From positions 1 to 64,000 of the forward strand of contig DYFC01000006.1 in assembly GCA_020725385.1 (NCBI GenBank): a stretch of 64,000 bases of DNA, given 5' to 3'. Shown piece after piece: positions 18,826-28,840 of the stretch. The notes under the pieces were generated by a model that did no database searches, was not told the origin of the DNA, and saw only the letters and a list, made by a program, of their open reading frames with translations. Source of the stretch: Nitrospira japonica (GTDB taxonomy: Bacteria > Nitrospirota > Thermodesulfovibrionia > Thermodesulfovibrionales > SM23-35). The number at the start of each line of letters is the position of its first letter. The stretch's first letter is position 1. Made by a program: the position numbers and the translations under genes.

Positions 18826-20651
18826 ACAAAAAAAAGCTTACTTATAAAGAACTTCAGGAAAGACTTACTCAGGCTGAAGAAGCTATTGAAGCATTGCGTT
18901 CAGGCAAAGTTGATTTAATATTAGGTGAGAATTGTCCACTTGTAATTAAGGCAAGGACACTGGAGCAAGAGGCGCAAAAGCTCAATGCTGCAATTGAACA
19001 AACATCGGATTGGGTAGTTATAACCAATAAGGATGGAACTATTGAATATGTAAATAAGGCAGTAGAAATAATATCAGAATATAGAAGAGAGGAATTAATT
19101 GGGAAAAATCCCAGAATTTTTAAGTCAGGAAAGCATGATAGGGAATTTTATAAGAATTTATGGGAAACAATATGTTCTGGAAATGTATTTAATGCAATTT
19201 TGATAAACAGGAAAAAGACAGGAGACTTGTTCGAACTTCATTATACAATAACACCATTAAAAAATAAAGACGGTCAAATTCATCATTTTATAGCTACAGC
19301 AAAAGACATAACAGAACAGAAGCTCCTTAAGGAACAGATGGAATATTCCGCAAAATATGATACTCTAACCGGTCTATATAACAGAAAATATTTTACAGAA
19401 GAGATTAACCATCTGGCAGATAATGCTCAGAAACAGGGGATTAAATTTGCTGTAGTCTTAGTTGATATTGATAAATTTACAGCTCTGAATGATACTTTTG
19501 GTTTTGAAACCGGAGACGAAATATTAAAAAGAGCAGGCAAGAGAATTTTCAATAGTATCTGTACGGATTGCAAGGTTTCACGTTTTGAGGCTGACAAATA
19601 TGGAGTGCTACTTTCTGATACAGGCAATCCCGAGGATATAATTTTAGTGCTCGAAAAAATAAGAAGCAATTTCAATAGATCATTTAAAATCGGTACTGAA
19701 GATATATTTCTTACATTATGCATGGGGATTTCAATATTTCCTGAAAATGGCAATAGTGCTGAAGCTCTAATAAAAAATGCTGAAATTGCACTTTCAAAAG
19801 CAAGATCTATAAGGTTGAATAACTATCAGTTTTTTGAAGAAGAAATCAATATTAAAACCTCGGAATTTGTACACATGCAGAGACATTTATTCCATGCGCT
19901 CAAAAAAAATGAATTTACCATGCATTATCAACCTTATTTTGATTGTCAAACCCGTGAATTGAAGGGAGTAGAGGCATTGATACGGTGGAATAATCCAAAA
20001 TTTGGTCTTGTAACTCCCGGAATGTTTATCCCATTTCTTGAAGAAACAGGAATGATATTAGAAGTTGGCAAGTGGATTATAAGAACAGTATGCAAACAAA
20101 TCAGGGAGTGGATAAATAAAGGTTATGATAAACAGATGGTGCCTGTGTATATCAATCTATCATTGGCTCAATTCATGCAAAAGGATTTAACAGATTTTAT
20201 TGAAAGAACTATTTCTGAAACAAATATAAAGTCAGAATACTTAGGTTTTGAGATTACCGAAAGCTTTTTTATGCATGATATTGAGCATACCCAGAAAATA
20301 TTAGGAAACCTAAGACAAAAAGGGATTTCTGTAAATATAGATGACTTTGGAACAGGATATTCTTCACTTAGCAGTTTGTGGAAGTTGCCTTTTAATAATT
20401 TAAAAATTGACAGCTCTTTTATTAAAGAATTAACAACCAATCCTGACAATACAGCTATAGTAATAACAATAATCTCACTTGCCCATAATCTTAATCTTAA
20501 GACAATTGCTGAAGGTGTTGAGAACGAAATTCAGTGGCAGACGCTTCGAATACTTAAATGCGATATGGTGCAGGGCTATTATTTTAGCAGACCTTTGCCA
20601 GCAGATGAAGTTGAAAGATTCTTTGAAAGTAAAATAATATTGTTTACATAA
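18822..20651 (+). CDS. PAS-GGDEF(degenerate)-EAL protein, probable c-di-GMP phosphodiesterase
   Basis: PAS domain; DTLTGLYNR; GGDEF replaced by EADKY; EALIRW, DDFGTGYSSL, KID, AEGVE, QGYYF; ATGA overlap with kaiB. Confidence 0.92.
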   Translation: MNKKKLTYKELQERLTQAEEAIEALRSGKVDLILGENCPLVIKARTLEQEAQKLNAAIEQTSDWVVITNKDGTIEYVNKAVEIISEYRREELIGKNPRIFKSGKHDREFYKNLWETICSGNVFNAILINRKKTGDLFELHYTITPLKNKDGQIHHFIATAKDITEQKLLKEQMEYSAKYDTLTGLYNRKYFTEEINHLADNAQKQGIKFAVVLVDIDKFTALNDTFGFETGDEILKRAGKRIFNSICTDCKVSRFEADKYGVLLSDTGNPEDIILVLEKIRSNFNRSFKIGTEDIFLTLCMGISIFPENGNSAEALIKNAEIALSKARSIRLNNYQFFEEEINIKTSEFVHMQRHLFHALKKNEFTMHYQPYFDCQTRELKGVEALIRWNNPKFGLVTPGMFIPFLEETGMILEVGKWIIRTVCKQIREWINKGYDKQMVPVYINLSLAQFMQKDLTDFIERTISETNIKSEYLGFEITESFFMHDIEHTQKILGNLRQKGISVNIDDFGTGYSSLSSLWKLPFNNLKIDSSFIKELTTNPDNTAIVITIISLAHNLNLKTIAEGVENEIQWQTLRILKCDMVQGYYFSRPLPADEVERFFESKIILFT

Positions 20652-20668
20652 GAAGGAGAATTTTATAT

Positions 20669-21337
20669 ATGGAAGATTTAAAGCATTCCGAGACATGGAG
20701 AGTATTTAGAATTCAATCAGAGCTTGTTGAAGGATTCGAGACTTTAAATGATCTTGGACCAGCGGTAGCAATTTTTGGGAGCTCACGCATGAAGCCCGGC
20801 TCGCATTATTATAAAAAAGCTGTTGAACTTGGAAGACTTCTTTCAAATTCAGGGTTCTCGGTTATTACAGGCGGCGGTCCCGGAATTATGGAAGGAGCTA
20901 ATAAAGGGGCTAAAAAAGGCAAAGGAAAATCTGTAGGACTTAATATAGAAATTCCAGCAGAGCAGCATCCCAATCCTTATCAAGATATAAATCTTTCATT
21001 CAGATATTTTTTTATCAGAAAACTAATGTTTGTCAAATACTCAATGGCATTCATTATTTTTCCCGGAGGCTTTGGCACAATGGATGAATTATTTGAAGCA
21101 TTGACTTTGTCTCAAACAAAAAAGATAGGGGTATTCCCTATAATTCTATTTGGTAGTGAATACTGGGCAGGATTAATTGAATGGTTCAGATCAACACTTA
21201 TACCACACAATACAATTGAGGCAAAGGATCTCGGATTATTCAGTGTTGTTGATGAAGTTCATGAAGTTTGCGGTATTTTACAGGAATACAAGAAAGCATA
21301 TAATCAGGAAATACCTGAATGCAAACAACCAAGATAA
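20669..21337 (+). CDS. LOG family (TIGR00730) nucleotide phosphoribohydrolase
   Basis: TGGGPGIMEGAN, YFFIRK, PGGFGTMDE. Confidence 0.93.
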   Translation: MEDLKHSETWRVFRIQSELVEGFETLNDLGPAVAIFGSSRMKPGSHYYKKAVELGRLLSNSGFSVITGGGPGIMEGANKGAKKGKGKSVGLNIEIPAEQHPNPYQDINLSFRYFFIRKLMFVKYSMAFIIFPGGFGTMDELFEALTLSQTKKIGVFPIILFGSEYWAGLIEWFRSTLIPHNTIEAKDLGLFSVVDEVHEVCGILQEYKKAYNQEIPECKQPR

Positions 21338-21338
21338 C

Positions 21339-21905
21339 CTATTTGCGGGGATGTTCTTTACGGTAATCTACAGGTCTTTCTTTAAGCCCTTTATCCGACC
21401 ATATGCCAAGCTTATTTTTACGGGCATAGGATTGGGCTTCTGTAAATTCATTAACATACTTTACATTAGGCGGAAAAGTAAAAAGCATTGCATATCCGTT
21501 CTCAAGGATTTTCTTATTAATTAGCTGTCCATCTGAAGTTCTTAAATATCCGAGCAATCTACCATATTTATCCCTTTTATCAACATCATATTCGATAGAC
21601 ACTTTCCATCCTGAAGAACTTATTATAGATTGGAGAAATTCTTTTGATTTATCCCCCCATGGTTTCTGCGCAAGTTCAGGAGCGTCAATGCCTATAAGCC
21701 TGATTTTTTCTTCTTTCTTGCCGATTTTTACAGTAACAGTATCCCCATCTGCTACCGATAAAACAGGAATCAGAGAGCTTGCAGGTTTACTACCTATTGA
21801 ACCTTTATTTTCATTTAAAAAATAAAAAACTGCAACAACAATAAAAATAAATGAGGTAAGTATATTAACATTTCTAAATTTTCTATTCTTAATATTCATA
21901 TACAT
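21339..21905 (-). CDS. Thermonuclease (SNase) family protein
   Basis: DGDT, RLIGIDAPE, DKYGRLL, GIW; N-terminal TM. Confidence 0.93.
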   Translation of the reverse strand: MYMNIKNRKFRNVNILTSFIFIVVAVFYFLNENKGSIGSKPASSLIPVLSVADGDTVTVKIGKKEEKIRLIGIDAPELAQKPWGDKSKEFLQSIISSSGWKVSIEYDVDKRDKYGRLLGYLRTSDGQLINKKILENGYAMLFTFPPNVKYVNEFTEAQSYARKNKLGIWSDKGLKERPVDYRKEHPRK

Positions 21906-21936
21906 ATTATATACTTTTTAAGGTTATAATTATCAT

Positions 21937-23349
21937 ATGCAATTAACACCCGGACCCGGCTATACAATCACCATCAGGATTGAAATGCCTAAACAAGTAG
22001 GCCTTTTTTCTTCTGTTGCTTCTGCAATAAATGGTGTAGGCGGAGATATATGCGCTTCTGATATAGTGAGAACCAGCAGCAATTCAGTTTTCCGGGATTT
22101 TACTGTAAATGCGCGCGATGAAGATCATGAAAAAGAAATTGTTGAAGCTGTAAAAAAAATTGAAGGGCTTAGAATAGTACATGTATCTGATAGAACATTT
22201 CTTTTACATCAAGGTGGCAAAATCGAGATACGCAATAAACTCCCGATAAAAAATCGTAATGACCTTTCAAGGGTTTACACTCCCGGTGTAGCCCGCATAT
22301 GTATGGCAATTCATAATGACATACAGAAAGCTTATCGTTATACAATTAAAAGAAATTCTATTGCAATAATAACCGATGGCACAGCAGTTCTTGGGCTCGG
22401 GGATATAGGACCTGAAGCAGCATTGCCTGTAATGGAAGGCAAGGCGATGATTTTTAAAGAATTTGCAAATATTGATGCATTCCCTATATGTCTTTCATCA
22501 AAAAAGCCGGATGAAATAATAAACACAATTATAAATATTTCGCCCTCATTTGGAGGAATTAATCTTGAGGATATTTCTGCTCCAAGATGTTTTGAAATAG
22601 AAGAAAACCTAAAACAAAAACTTGATATACCAGTATTTCATGATGACCAGCACGGCACAGCAGTCGTTGTGCTGGCTGCACTGTTGAATGCTTTAAAATT
22701 AGTTAATAAGAAGATAGAAGATTTAAAAGTTGTTATTTCAGGAGCTGGAGCAGCCGGGATAGCGTGTTGCAAAACATTAATAGAAATAGGAGTAAAAAAT
22801 ATGATTGTCTGTGATACAGCAGGCTCAATATATGAAGGTAGAACAAATAATATGAACCCTGTAAAACAATGGGTTTCTAAAAATACAAATACAGAGAAAT
22901 TTAAAGGAAGTCTCTCAGACGCCTTAAACAGAGCAGATGTTTTCATAGGTGTTTCAGCAGGAAATATTCTAACTGTAGAGGATATTAAAAAAATGGCTAA
23001 TGATTCTATTGTCTTTGCACTTGCAAATCCTTTGCCTGAAATTTCACCAGATGAAGCTTTGCCTTATGTCAGAATTATGGCGACAGGCAGGTCTGATTAT
23101 CCAAATCAGATAAATAACATGCTCTGTTTCCCGGGACTTTTCAGGGGATTGCTTGATTCAAGAGCTAAAACAGTTAATGAAGAAATTAAACTTGCTGCTG
23201 CAAGAGCAATAGCTTCAATAATAGATGAAAAAGACTTAAGTGAAGATTATATAATCCCGAGTATTTTCAACAGAAAAGTTGTACAGGCAGTTGCATCAGC
23301 AGTTGAGGAAGAATCATATAGAACAGGAGTTGCAAGTAAAGAGAGATGA
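21937..23349 (+). CDS. NAD(P)-dependent malic enzyme with N-terminal ACT domain
   Basis: YTPGV, LPVMEGK, NLEDI, FHDDQHGTA, GAGAAG, TGRSDYPNQINN. Confidence 0.95.
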   Translation: MQLTPGPGYTITIRIEMPKQVGLFSSVASAINGVGGDICASDIVRTSSNSVFRDFTVNARDEDHEKEIVEAVKKIEGLRIVHVSDRTFLLHQGGKIEIRNKLPIKNRNDLSRVYTPGVARICMAIHNDIQKAYRYTIKRNSIAIITDGTAVLGLGDIGPEAALPVMEGKAMIFKEFANIDAFPICLSSKKPDEIINTIINISPSFGGINLEDISAPRCFEIEENLKQKLDIPVFHDDQHGTAVVVLAALLNALKLVNKKIEDLKVVISGAGAAGIACCKTLIEIGVKNMIVCDTAGSIYEGRTNNMNPVKQWVSKNTNTEKFKGSLSDALNRADVFIGVSAGNILTVEDIKKMANDSIVFALANPLPEISPDEALPYVRIMATGRSDYPNQINNMLCFPGLFRGLLDSRAKTVNEEIKLAAARAIASIIDEKDLSEDYIIPSIFNRKVVQAVASAVEEESYRTGVASKER

Positions 23350-24107
23350 GGTCTTATATTGAAAAGAAAATACTAAGATACAAAGAAGGTTCATTAATAG
23401 AAATTAGTGATGCTATAGCTGCTGAGAAAAAATTACAGATAGTAATTAATGGTAAAGAAATTGTCAGTTTAGTTTGCACACCTTTACAAATCAGAGAACT
23501 TGTAATAGGTTTTTTACTTACCGAAGGAATTCTCAAAGGTCATTTTTGCGCTGATTCTCTCTTAATTAAAGATAATGACGAAATAACTGTAGGCATTACA
23601 CTTGATGGAGAAATTGAAGAATGTCAGATGACAATAACATCAGGTTGTGTAGGAGGAATTACATTTTCTGCAAAAAAAGAATTAAGCAAAATCTCTGATA
23701 AATTTGTTTTAAATGCTGGAACATTAAAGAAGTTGTTTATAGAGTTTAACCAAAAGTCAGAACTTTTTAGAATGACAGGTTGTGTCCATAGTGCTGCGAT
23801 TGCTGATAAAGATGGAATAATTTCTTTCTCTGAAGATGTTGGAAGACACAACGCAGTTGATAAAATCATAGGCTATTGCATAATTGAAAATATACCTTTT
23901 ACAGAAAAAATATTACTTGCAAGCGGCAGGCTTTCATCAGAAATTGTAACAAAAGCAGGAAAGTGGGGAATACCTATTATAGCAAGCAGGACTTCGCCAA
24001 CCAGTCGTGCAGTTGAAATCGCTGAAAATGCAGGAATTACACTCATTGGTTTTGTAAGAGGAGACAGATTCAATATTTATACAAACAGCCATCGCATAAC
24101 TATATGA
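23346..24107 (+). CDS. fdhD: Formate dehydrogenase accessory sulfurtransferase
   Basis: SGCVG, TGCVH, EDVGRHNAVDK, SGRLS, LIGFVR. Confidence 0.93.
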   Translation: MRSYIEKKILRYKEGSLIEISDAIAAEKKLQIVINGKEIVSLVCTPLQIRELVIGFLLTEGILKGHFCADSLLIKDNDEITVGITLDGEIEECQMTITSGCVGGITFSAKKELSKISDKFVLNAGTLKKLFIEFNQKSELFRMTGCVHSAAIADKDGIISFSEDVGRHNAVDKIIGYCIIENIPFTEKILLASGRLSSEIVTKAGKWGIPIIASRTSPTSRAVEIAENAGITLIGFVRGDRFNIYTNSHRITI

Positions 24108-24126
24108 GCAAAGAGCTAAGAGCAAA
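24106..24126 (+). repeat. Degenerate heptamer tandem repeat (GAGCAAA x3)
   Basis: GAGCAAA GAGCTAA GAGCAAA; similar runs at 53094-53114 and about 62921-62942. Confidence 0.5.
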
Positions 24127-24191
24127 GATTGTACAACATAGAAAGGTATTTTAAGAGTAAAATAAGGTATATAAGATTAGCTGGAGGGAAT

Positions 24192-24407
24192 ATGGGTACT
24201 GTTACGAAAGAAAAAAAGGTTGCTGATATGACTGTGGGAGAACTTCAGGAAATTATTAGAAAAACAATTAGTGAATTTCTGGATCCTGATTATGGACTTG
24301 AATTAAGACCCGAAATAGAAAAGGAACTCGAGGAGTCCTTAAAACAAAAAGAACGTGCTGAAGGAATTCCACTTGAAAAAGTAATAAAAGAATTAGGGCT
24401 TAAATAG
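24192..24407 (+). CDS. Putative type II antitoxin
   Basis: GGAGGG RBS before the ATG at 24192; acidic 71-aa protein (DPDYGLELRPE...LEKVIKELGL) coupled to a RelE-like gene. Confidence 0.7.
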   Translation: MGTVTKEKKVADMTVGELQEIIRKTISEFLDPDYGLELRPEIEKELEESLKQKERAEGIPLEKVIKELGLK

Positions 24408-24664
24408 TGTTTCGGGTTATCATACTTCCTAAAGCCTTTAATGATCTTTCAAAGCTTGATAAATCTATATCTAAGCGTATTATAGAAAAAATTATATGGC
24501 TATCTGAGAATGCTGAAAACATTACTCATTTTTCTCTTAAAGGTAGATTTAATGAACTGTTTAAGTTACGAATAGGTGATTGGCGGGTTATTTATGATTT
24601 AGATTACGAACAAAGGATAATGACAGTACATAAAGTCGGACACAGAAGCGAGATTTATAAATAA
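24407..24664 (+). CDS. RelE/ParE family toxin
   Basis: LRIGDWRVIY and VGHRSEIY. Confidence 0.9.
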   Translation: MFRVIILPKAFNDLSKLDKSISKRIIEKIIWLSENAENITHFSLKGRFNELFKLRIGDWRVIYDLDYEQRIMTVHKVGHRSEIYK

Positions 24665-24719
24665 AATAGAATTAAAACCAAATTCATCTGTAATAACACT
24701 ATTTATGATATAATTTTTT

Positions 24720-26249
24720 ATGAGCATAGTTAAAGAAATTCCTTATATAAGCCCTGAAGATTTGCCAAAAGTGCCATTTGTAATAAACGGCATTTCATCA
24801 AGATTTATCCGTGAAAATAAGATTGTACCTCTTGAAATGAAAAATAATGTCTTAAAAGTCGTAATGGCAAATCCAGATGATTCATCTGTAATTGATGCGC
24901 TAAGGGTAGCAACATCTTCTGATATTGTAGTTTATACTTCGGACAAGAATCTTCTTGAGGAATATATTTCCCGTTTCTATGAGCAGGAATCACAAAACAT
25001 AAACAGAATTATTGAAGATCTTGGAGACAGGGGGATAGAATTTCTTAAAGACGAAGAGGAAGATATTGGCCATCTAAAAGACCTTGCATCAGAAGCTCCG
25101 ATAATCCGTCTTGTTAATATGCTCATATCAAGAGCAGTTGAAAGCAGGGCGAGTGATATTCATATAGAGCCTTTTGAAGATGAACTAAAAGTTCGTTATC
25201 GAATAGACGGAGTCCTACATGATATAGAATCAACTCCTAAGAGATTGCAGGCTGCTATTGTTTCAAGAATTAAAATTATGGCAAAACTTAATATCGCAGA
25301 AAGAAGGCTGCCGCAGGATGGACGCATAAGACTTAAAATAGGCGATAAAGAGCTTGATTTAAGAGTTTCAACAATTCCTGTGTTATATGGTGAAAGTGTT
25401 GTTATGAGACTTCTGCATAAAGAAGGCATTGTTATAGACCTTAACCTTCTTGGATTTCCCGGGCATACACTTAATTTATTTAACCAATTAATTCAAAAAC
25501 CAAATGGAATAATTCTCGTAACAGGACCAACAGGAAGTGGAAAAACCACAACGCTTTATGGCGCTCTTGATAAAATTAATTCACCTGATAAAAAGATTAT
25601 AACGGTTGAAGACCCTGTTGAGTATCAATTGAAAGGTGTAAATCAAATTCAGGTAAAACCTCAAATAGGTTTGAATTTCGCAAATACTTTAAGGCATATT
25701 GTCAGGCAGGACCCTGATATTATTATGATAGGTGAAATCAGAGACCTTGAGACAGCAGAAATTGCTATTCAATCAGCCTTGACAGGTCATTTAGTATTTT
25801 CAACCTTACATACAAATGACGCTCCAAGCGCTATTACAAGATTACTCGATATGGGGGTTGAGAATTTTTTACTATCATCTACCATAAGGGGAATACTCGC
25901 ACAAAGACTTGTCAGGGTAATATGCCCTTCATGTAAAGAACCCGACCAAACTGTGCCTGACAGAGAGCAGTTGAGTCTTTTCGGGATTGATACTTCTATT
26001 ACTATATATCATGGCAAAGGTTGCGAGAAATGTGCATTTACAGGATATTACGGCAGATCCGGGATATTTGAATTGCTTGTTGTTGATGATGATATTCGGA
26101 AGCTGATCTTAAAAAATGCTGATTCAAATCAAATAAGAGATGCGGCAAGAAAGAATGGAATGAAAACTCTTCTTGAAGATGGCGGAGATAAAATAAAAGC
26201 AGGAGTTACAACAATCAGTGAAGTCCTCAGAGTTACCCAGGAAGCCTAA
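24720..26249 (+). CDS. gspE: Type II secretion system ATPase GspE/PulE
   Basis: ASDIHIEP, ERRLPQDG, GPTGSGKTTTLY, RQDPD, STLHTND, Zn motif CPSC...CEKC. Confidence 0.9.
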   Translation: MSIVKEIPYISPEDLPKVPFVINGISSRFIRENKIVPLEMKNNVLKVVMANPDDSSVIDALRVATSSDIVVYTSDKNLLEEYISRFYEQESQNINRIIEDLGDRGIEFLKDEEEDIGHLKDLASEAPIIRLVNMLISRAVESRASDIHIEPFEDELKVRYRIDGVLHDIESTPKRLQAAIVSRIKIMAKLNIAERRLPQDGRIRLKIGDKELDLRVSTIPVLYGESVVMRLLHKEGIVIDLNLLGFPGHTLNLFNQLIQKPNGIILVTGPTGSGKTTTLYGALDKINSPDKKIITVEDPVEYQLKGVNQIQVKPQIGLNFANTLRHIVRQDPDIIMIGEIRDLETAEIAIQSALTGHLVFSTLHTNDAPSAITRLLDMGVENFLLSSTIRGILAQRLVRVICPSCKEPDQTVPDREQLSLFGIDTSITIYHGKGCEKCAFTGYYGRSGIFELLVVDDDIRKLILKNADSNQIRDAARKNGMKTLLEDGGDKIKAGVTTISEVLRVTQEA

Positions 26250-26265
26250 CCAGAATTAACATTCA

Positions 26266-28005
26266 TTATTCTTGAACAAGGCTCATAATTCGGCGTGAGT
26301 ATTCTTGTGTAAGGCTATTAAGAAATACAGCATCTATTGGTCCTTTTGAAGTAATTATTTCAAAAAAACGTTTGGGAATCTTTATATTTTCAGGGTCATA
26401 ACCTGTAGAAATTCTGGTTTTCCATCTAAGTTTTTGTATTTCTACCGATATTTTTTCGATATTGTCAGCGATATTTTTATAACCTATTACACTTAAACAA
26501 TCTTTAAGAAGCTCGTTTGTATAAACATTCCTTGCGAAAAGACATGAAACCATTGAAGTAAGAAAAACTCTTGCTTTTTCATCATTCAATAAAAATTCAA
26601 TAGCCTTTTCTATGTTTTTATCATTGTGCTTGAGGTCATATGAATATCCTGCTGAGTCAAGATGGGAATGTCTCAAGCCCAATGCCTGAGAAGTAAAAAA
26701 TACTTCTCCTGTTGCATAACCTGCCATTTCCTGTCCGAGCACACACGCAAAATCTTCACCTTTATACTTTAAAGCCGCATTCATAGTACCTTGTGAAAGA
26801 GTTTTGTAGAAATCATTTGCGCCTGTTGCAAGATAAAACATGGCTTCTTTATAAGATTGTGCATTCCCAAAAGAAAGAGGGATAATTGTTTCTTTTACAG
26901 TAATAATCCCTTTTTCAAAGGCCTCTGTAGCCCATGCAAGAGCAACTCCTGAAGACATTATGTCCAGTCCCATCTTTTCGGCAGCATCTATTATTGAAAG
27001 AACAGAAAAACAATTTTTAACGCCGAGCATCGAACCTGAAGCAAAAACAGGTTCATGGTCATATGATACCTGACGGTAAAGATATTGATTCTCTTCCATA
27101 AATTTTTCCCTTACAAATCCTATGTGAATGCAACCAACCGGACATCCAGCACAGGCTGCATTACGTAGTAATGCATCATTTGCAAATGTTTCACCTGTGA
27201 TGCCTTTTATTTCAGAATCGCTTGTATTTTGTAAATTCTTACATGGCAAGCTTTTGAATTCATTCAATACAGCAACATTCTCGGTAGTCCCGAGATTGTG
27301 GTATTTACTCATCATTTCTGTAGTTGTAAGTTGTTTAAAAACATCATGAAACAGTTTCGGATAATCCTTATTCTCTACAAGTGAAAAATTACCATCGCCC
27401 TGTATAACAATAGCCTTGAGATTTTTTGAGCCCATCACCGCACCGCTCCCGAGTCTTCCAAAATGCCTGTATGTATCAACGTTTATACAAGCCATAGGAG
27501 AGAGGTTCTCCCCGGCAGGTCCGATTCTCAATATACTCCTGTGGCCGGAACCTCTAAACATATTCCTCAGAATTTTACCGGTAACTTGAACATCCATACC
27601 CCAAAGATAATGCACTTCTCTCAATTCAAGATTTCTCGACCCTATAAAAAGGCAGGAAGGTCTATTTGCTTTTCCGGTGATTACAATCCCGTCAATATCA
27701 GCAAAACGCATACATAGAGCAGAGCGTCCTCCTCCATGGCTTTCAGCATATTGATTATGATAAGGAGATTTGAAAGCACAAACAGTCTTACTCATCAAAG
27801 GGAAATAGCCTGTCAGAGGGCCAATCGTAAAAATGATTGATTGTTCCGGGCTATCCCAATTATCTTTTATATTGCAGTATTTATTAAACAACAAAGCAGC
27901 AAGTCCGCTCCCTCCTGCCACTTCTTCTCTACCATCGACTTTTATAAAAGTCCCTTTTCTCAATGTTAAATCATATAAAAGTACTTTGAAATAATTCCTT
28001 ATCAT
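26266..28005 (-). CDS. Aldehyde:ferredoxin oxidoreductase family (W/Mo) protein
   Basis: IGPAGE, GAVMGSKNLKAI, CAGCPVGC. Confidence 0.9.
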   Translation of the reverse strand: MIRNYFKVLLYDLTLRKGTFIKVDGREEVAGGSGLAALLFNKYCNIKDNWDSPEQSIIFTIGPLTGYFPLMSKTVCAFKSPYHNQYAESHGGGRSALCMRFADIDGIVITGKANRPSCLFIGSRNLELREVHYLWGMDVQVTGKILRNMFRGSGHRSILRIGPAGENLSPMACINVDTYRHFGRLGSGAVMGSKNLKAIVIQGDGNFSLVENKDYPKLFHDVFKQLTTTEMMSKYHNLGTTENVAVLNEFKSLPCKNLQNTSDSEIKGITGETFANDALLRNAACAGCPVGCIHIGFVREKFMEENQYLYRQVSYDHEPVFASGSMLGVKNCFSVLSIIDAAEKMGLDIMSSGVALAWATEAFEKGIITVKETIIPLSFGNAQSYKEAMFYLATGANDFYKTLSQGTMNAALKYKGEDFACVLGQEMAGYATGEVFFTSQALGLRHSHLDSAGYSYDLKHNDKNIEKAIEFLLNDEKARVFLTSMVSCLFARNVYTNELLKDCLSVIGYKNIADNIEKISVEIQKLRWKTRISTGYDPENIKIPKRFFEIITSKGPIDAVFLNSLTQEYSRRIMSLVQE

Positions 28006-28442
28006 TTTTGGTTCTCTGTTAAATTTTCATTATTATCTGAAGCTACAATTTCCTTCATTTCAAGGCAATTATGAGGGCAAAAATTAACACACCTGCCACA
28101 ATGTATGCATACAAAAGGCTCTCCGGATGGGTCAAGATATATTGCATCTACTGGACAAGCCTTTGCACATTCTCCACAAAGAATGCAAAGACTTTTTCTC
28201 ACAATAACTCCACCGCCTTTTCTTTGTGAATAGGCACCTGTTGGACAGGCTAATACGCAAGGAGCCGGATTACATGCGAGACAATTTTTTGCTTCGAATC
28301 CTGTTGAAAGCCCGCCTGATGAAGCGATTCTGATACCTGCGGTATCCCATGAAAGCTTTCTATGTACAAGTCTTGCACAGGCAAGAGAGCAAGAATGACA
28401 ACCTATGCATCTTTCCATTCTGGGGGCAATTAATATTTTCAT
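28002..28442 (-). CDS. 4Fe-4S polyferredoxin partner of the AOR
   Basis: Four Cys clusters (CIGCHSC, CLAC..PC..CP, CILCGECAKACP, CIHCGRC..CP). Confidence 0.92.
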   Translation of the reverse strand: MKILIAPRMERCIGCHSCSLACARLVHRKLSWDTAGIRIASSGGLSTGFEAKNCLACNPAPCVLACPTGAYSQRKGGGVIVRKSLCILCGECAKACPVDAIYLDPSGEPFVCIHCGRCVNFCPHNCLEMKEIVASDNNENLTENQK

Positions 28443-28471
28443 AAATTTCTAAATTAAGATCGGGTTGAAAA

Positions 28472-28756
28472 TCAATTCATTGAAGGTTTGCCGGGAGATA
28501 ATTTTTGTATCAGAGGCAAAATATCAGTCAAAAGGTTATTAGTAATTTCACACTGGATTCTTGAAGCATTTTCAAGATTCTTTATCCCCTGTTTCAACCT
28601 TTCAATGCTTTTATTAAGGCTATCAATAGAATTAATTGCCTTCTCGGTATTTTTATTTATCATTTCTTTACGTTTAAGACATTCCTGAATCAGAGACTGA
28701 TGCTTCTGTCTTTCTTCAGGTGTTAAGTTTGCGATAAAATCCTCAAGGTTATTCAT
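28472..28756 (-). CDS. Hypothetical coiled-coil protein
   Basis: AAGGT RBS-like motif; heptad-patterned 94-aa ORF co-oriented with the AOR genes. Confidence 0.55.
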   Translation of the reverse strand: MNNLEDFIANLTPEERQKHQSLIQECLKRKEMINKNTEKAINSIDSLNKSIERLKQGIKNLENASRIQCEITNNLLTDILPLIQKLSPGKPSMN

Positions 28757-28840
28757 ATCATACCTTAAAATGTTAACAGTTATTTATTTTGATAATATAT
28801 AATTATGATTATTATTAATTAATATTTCAATACATTTTTT

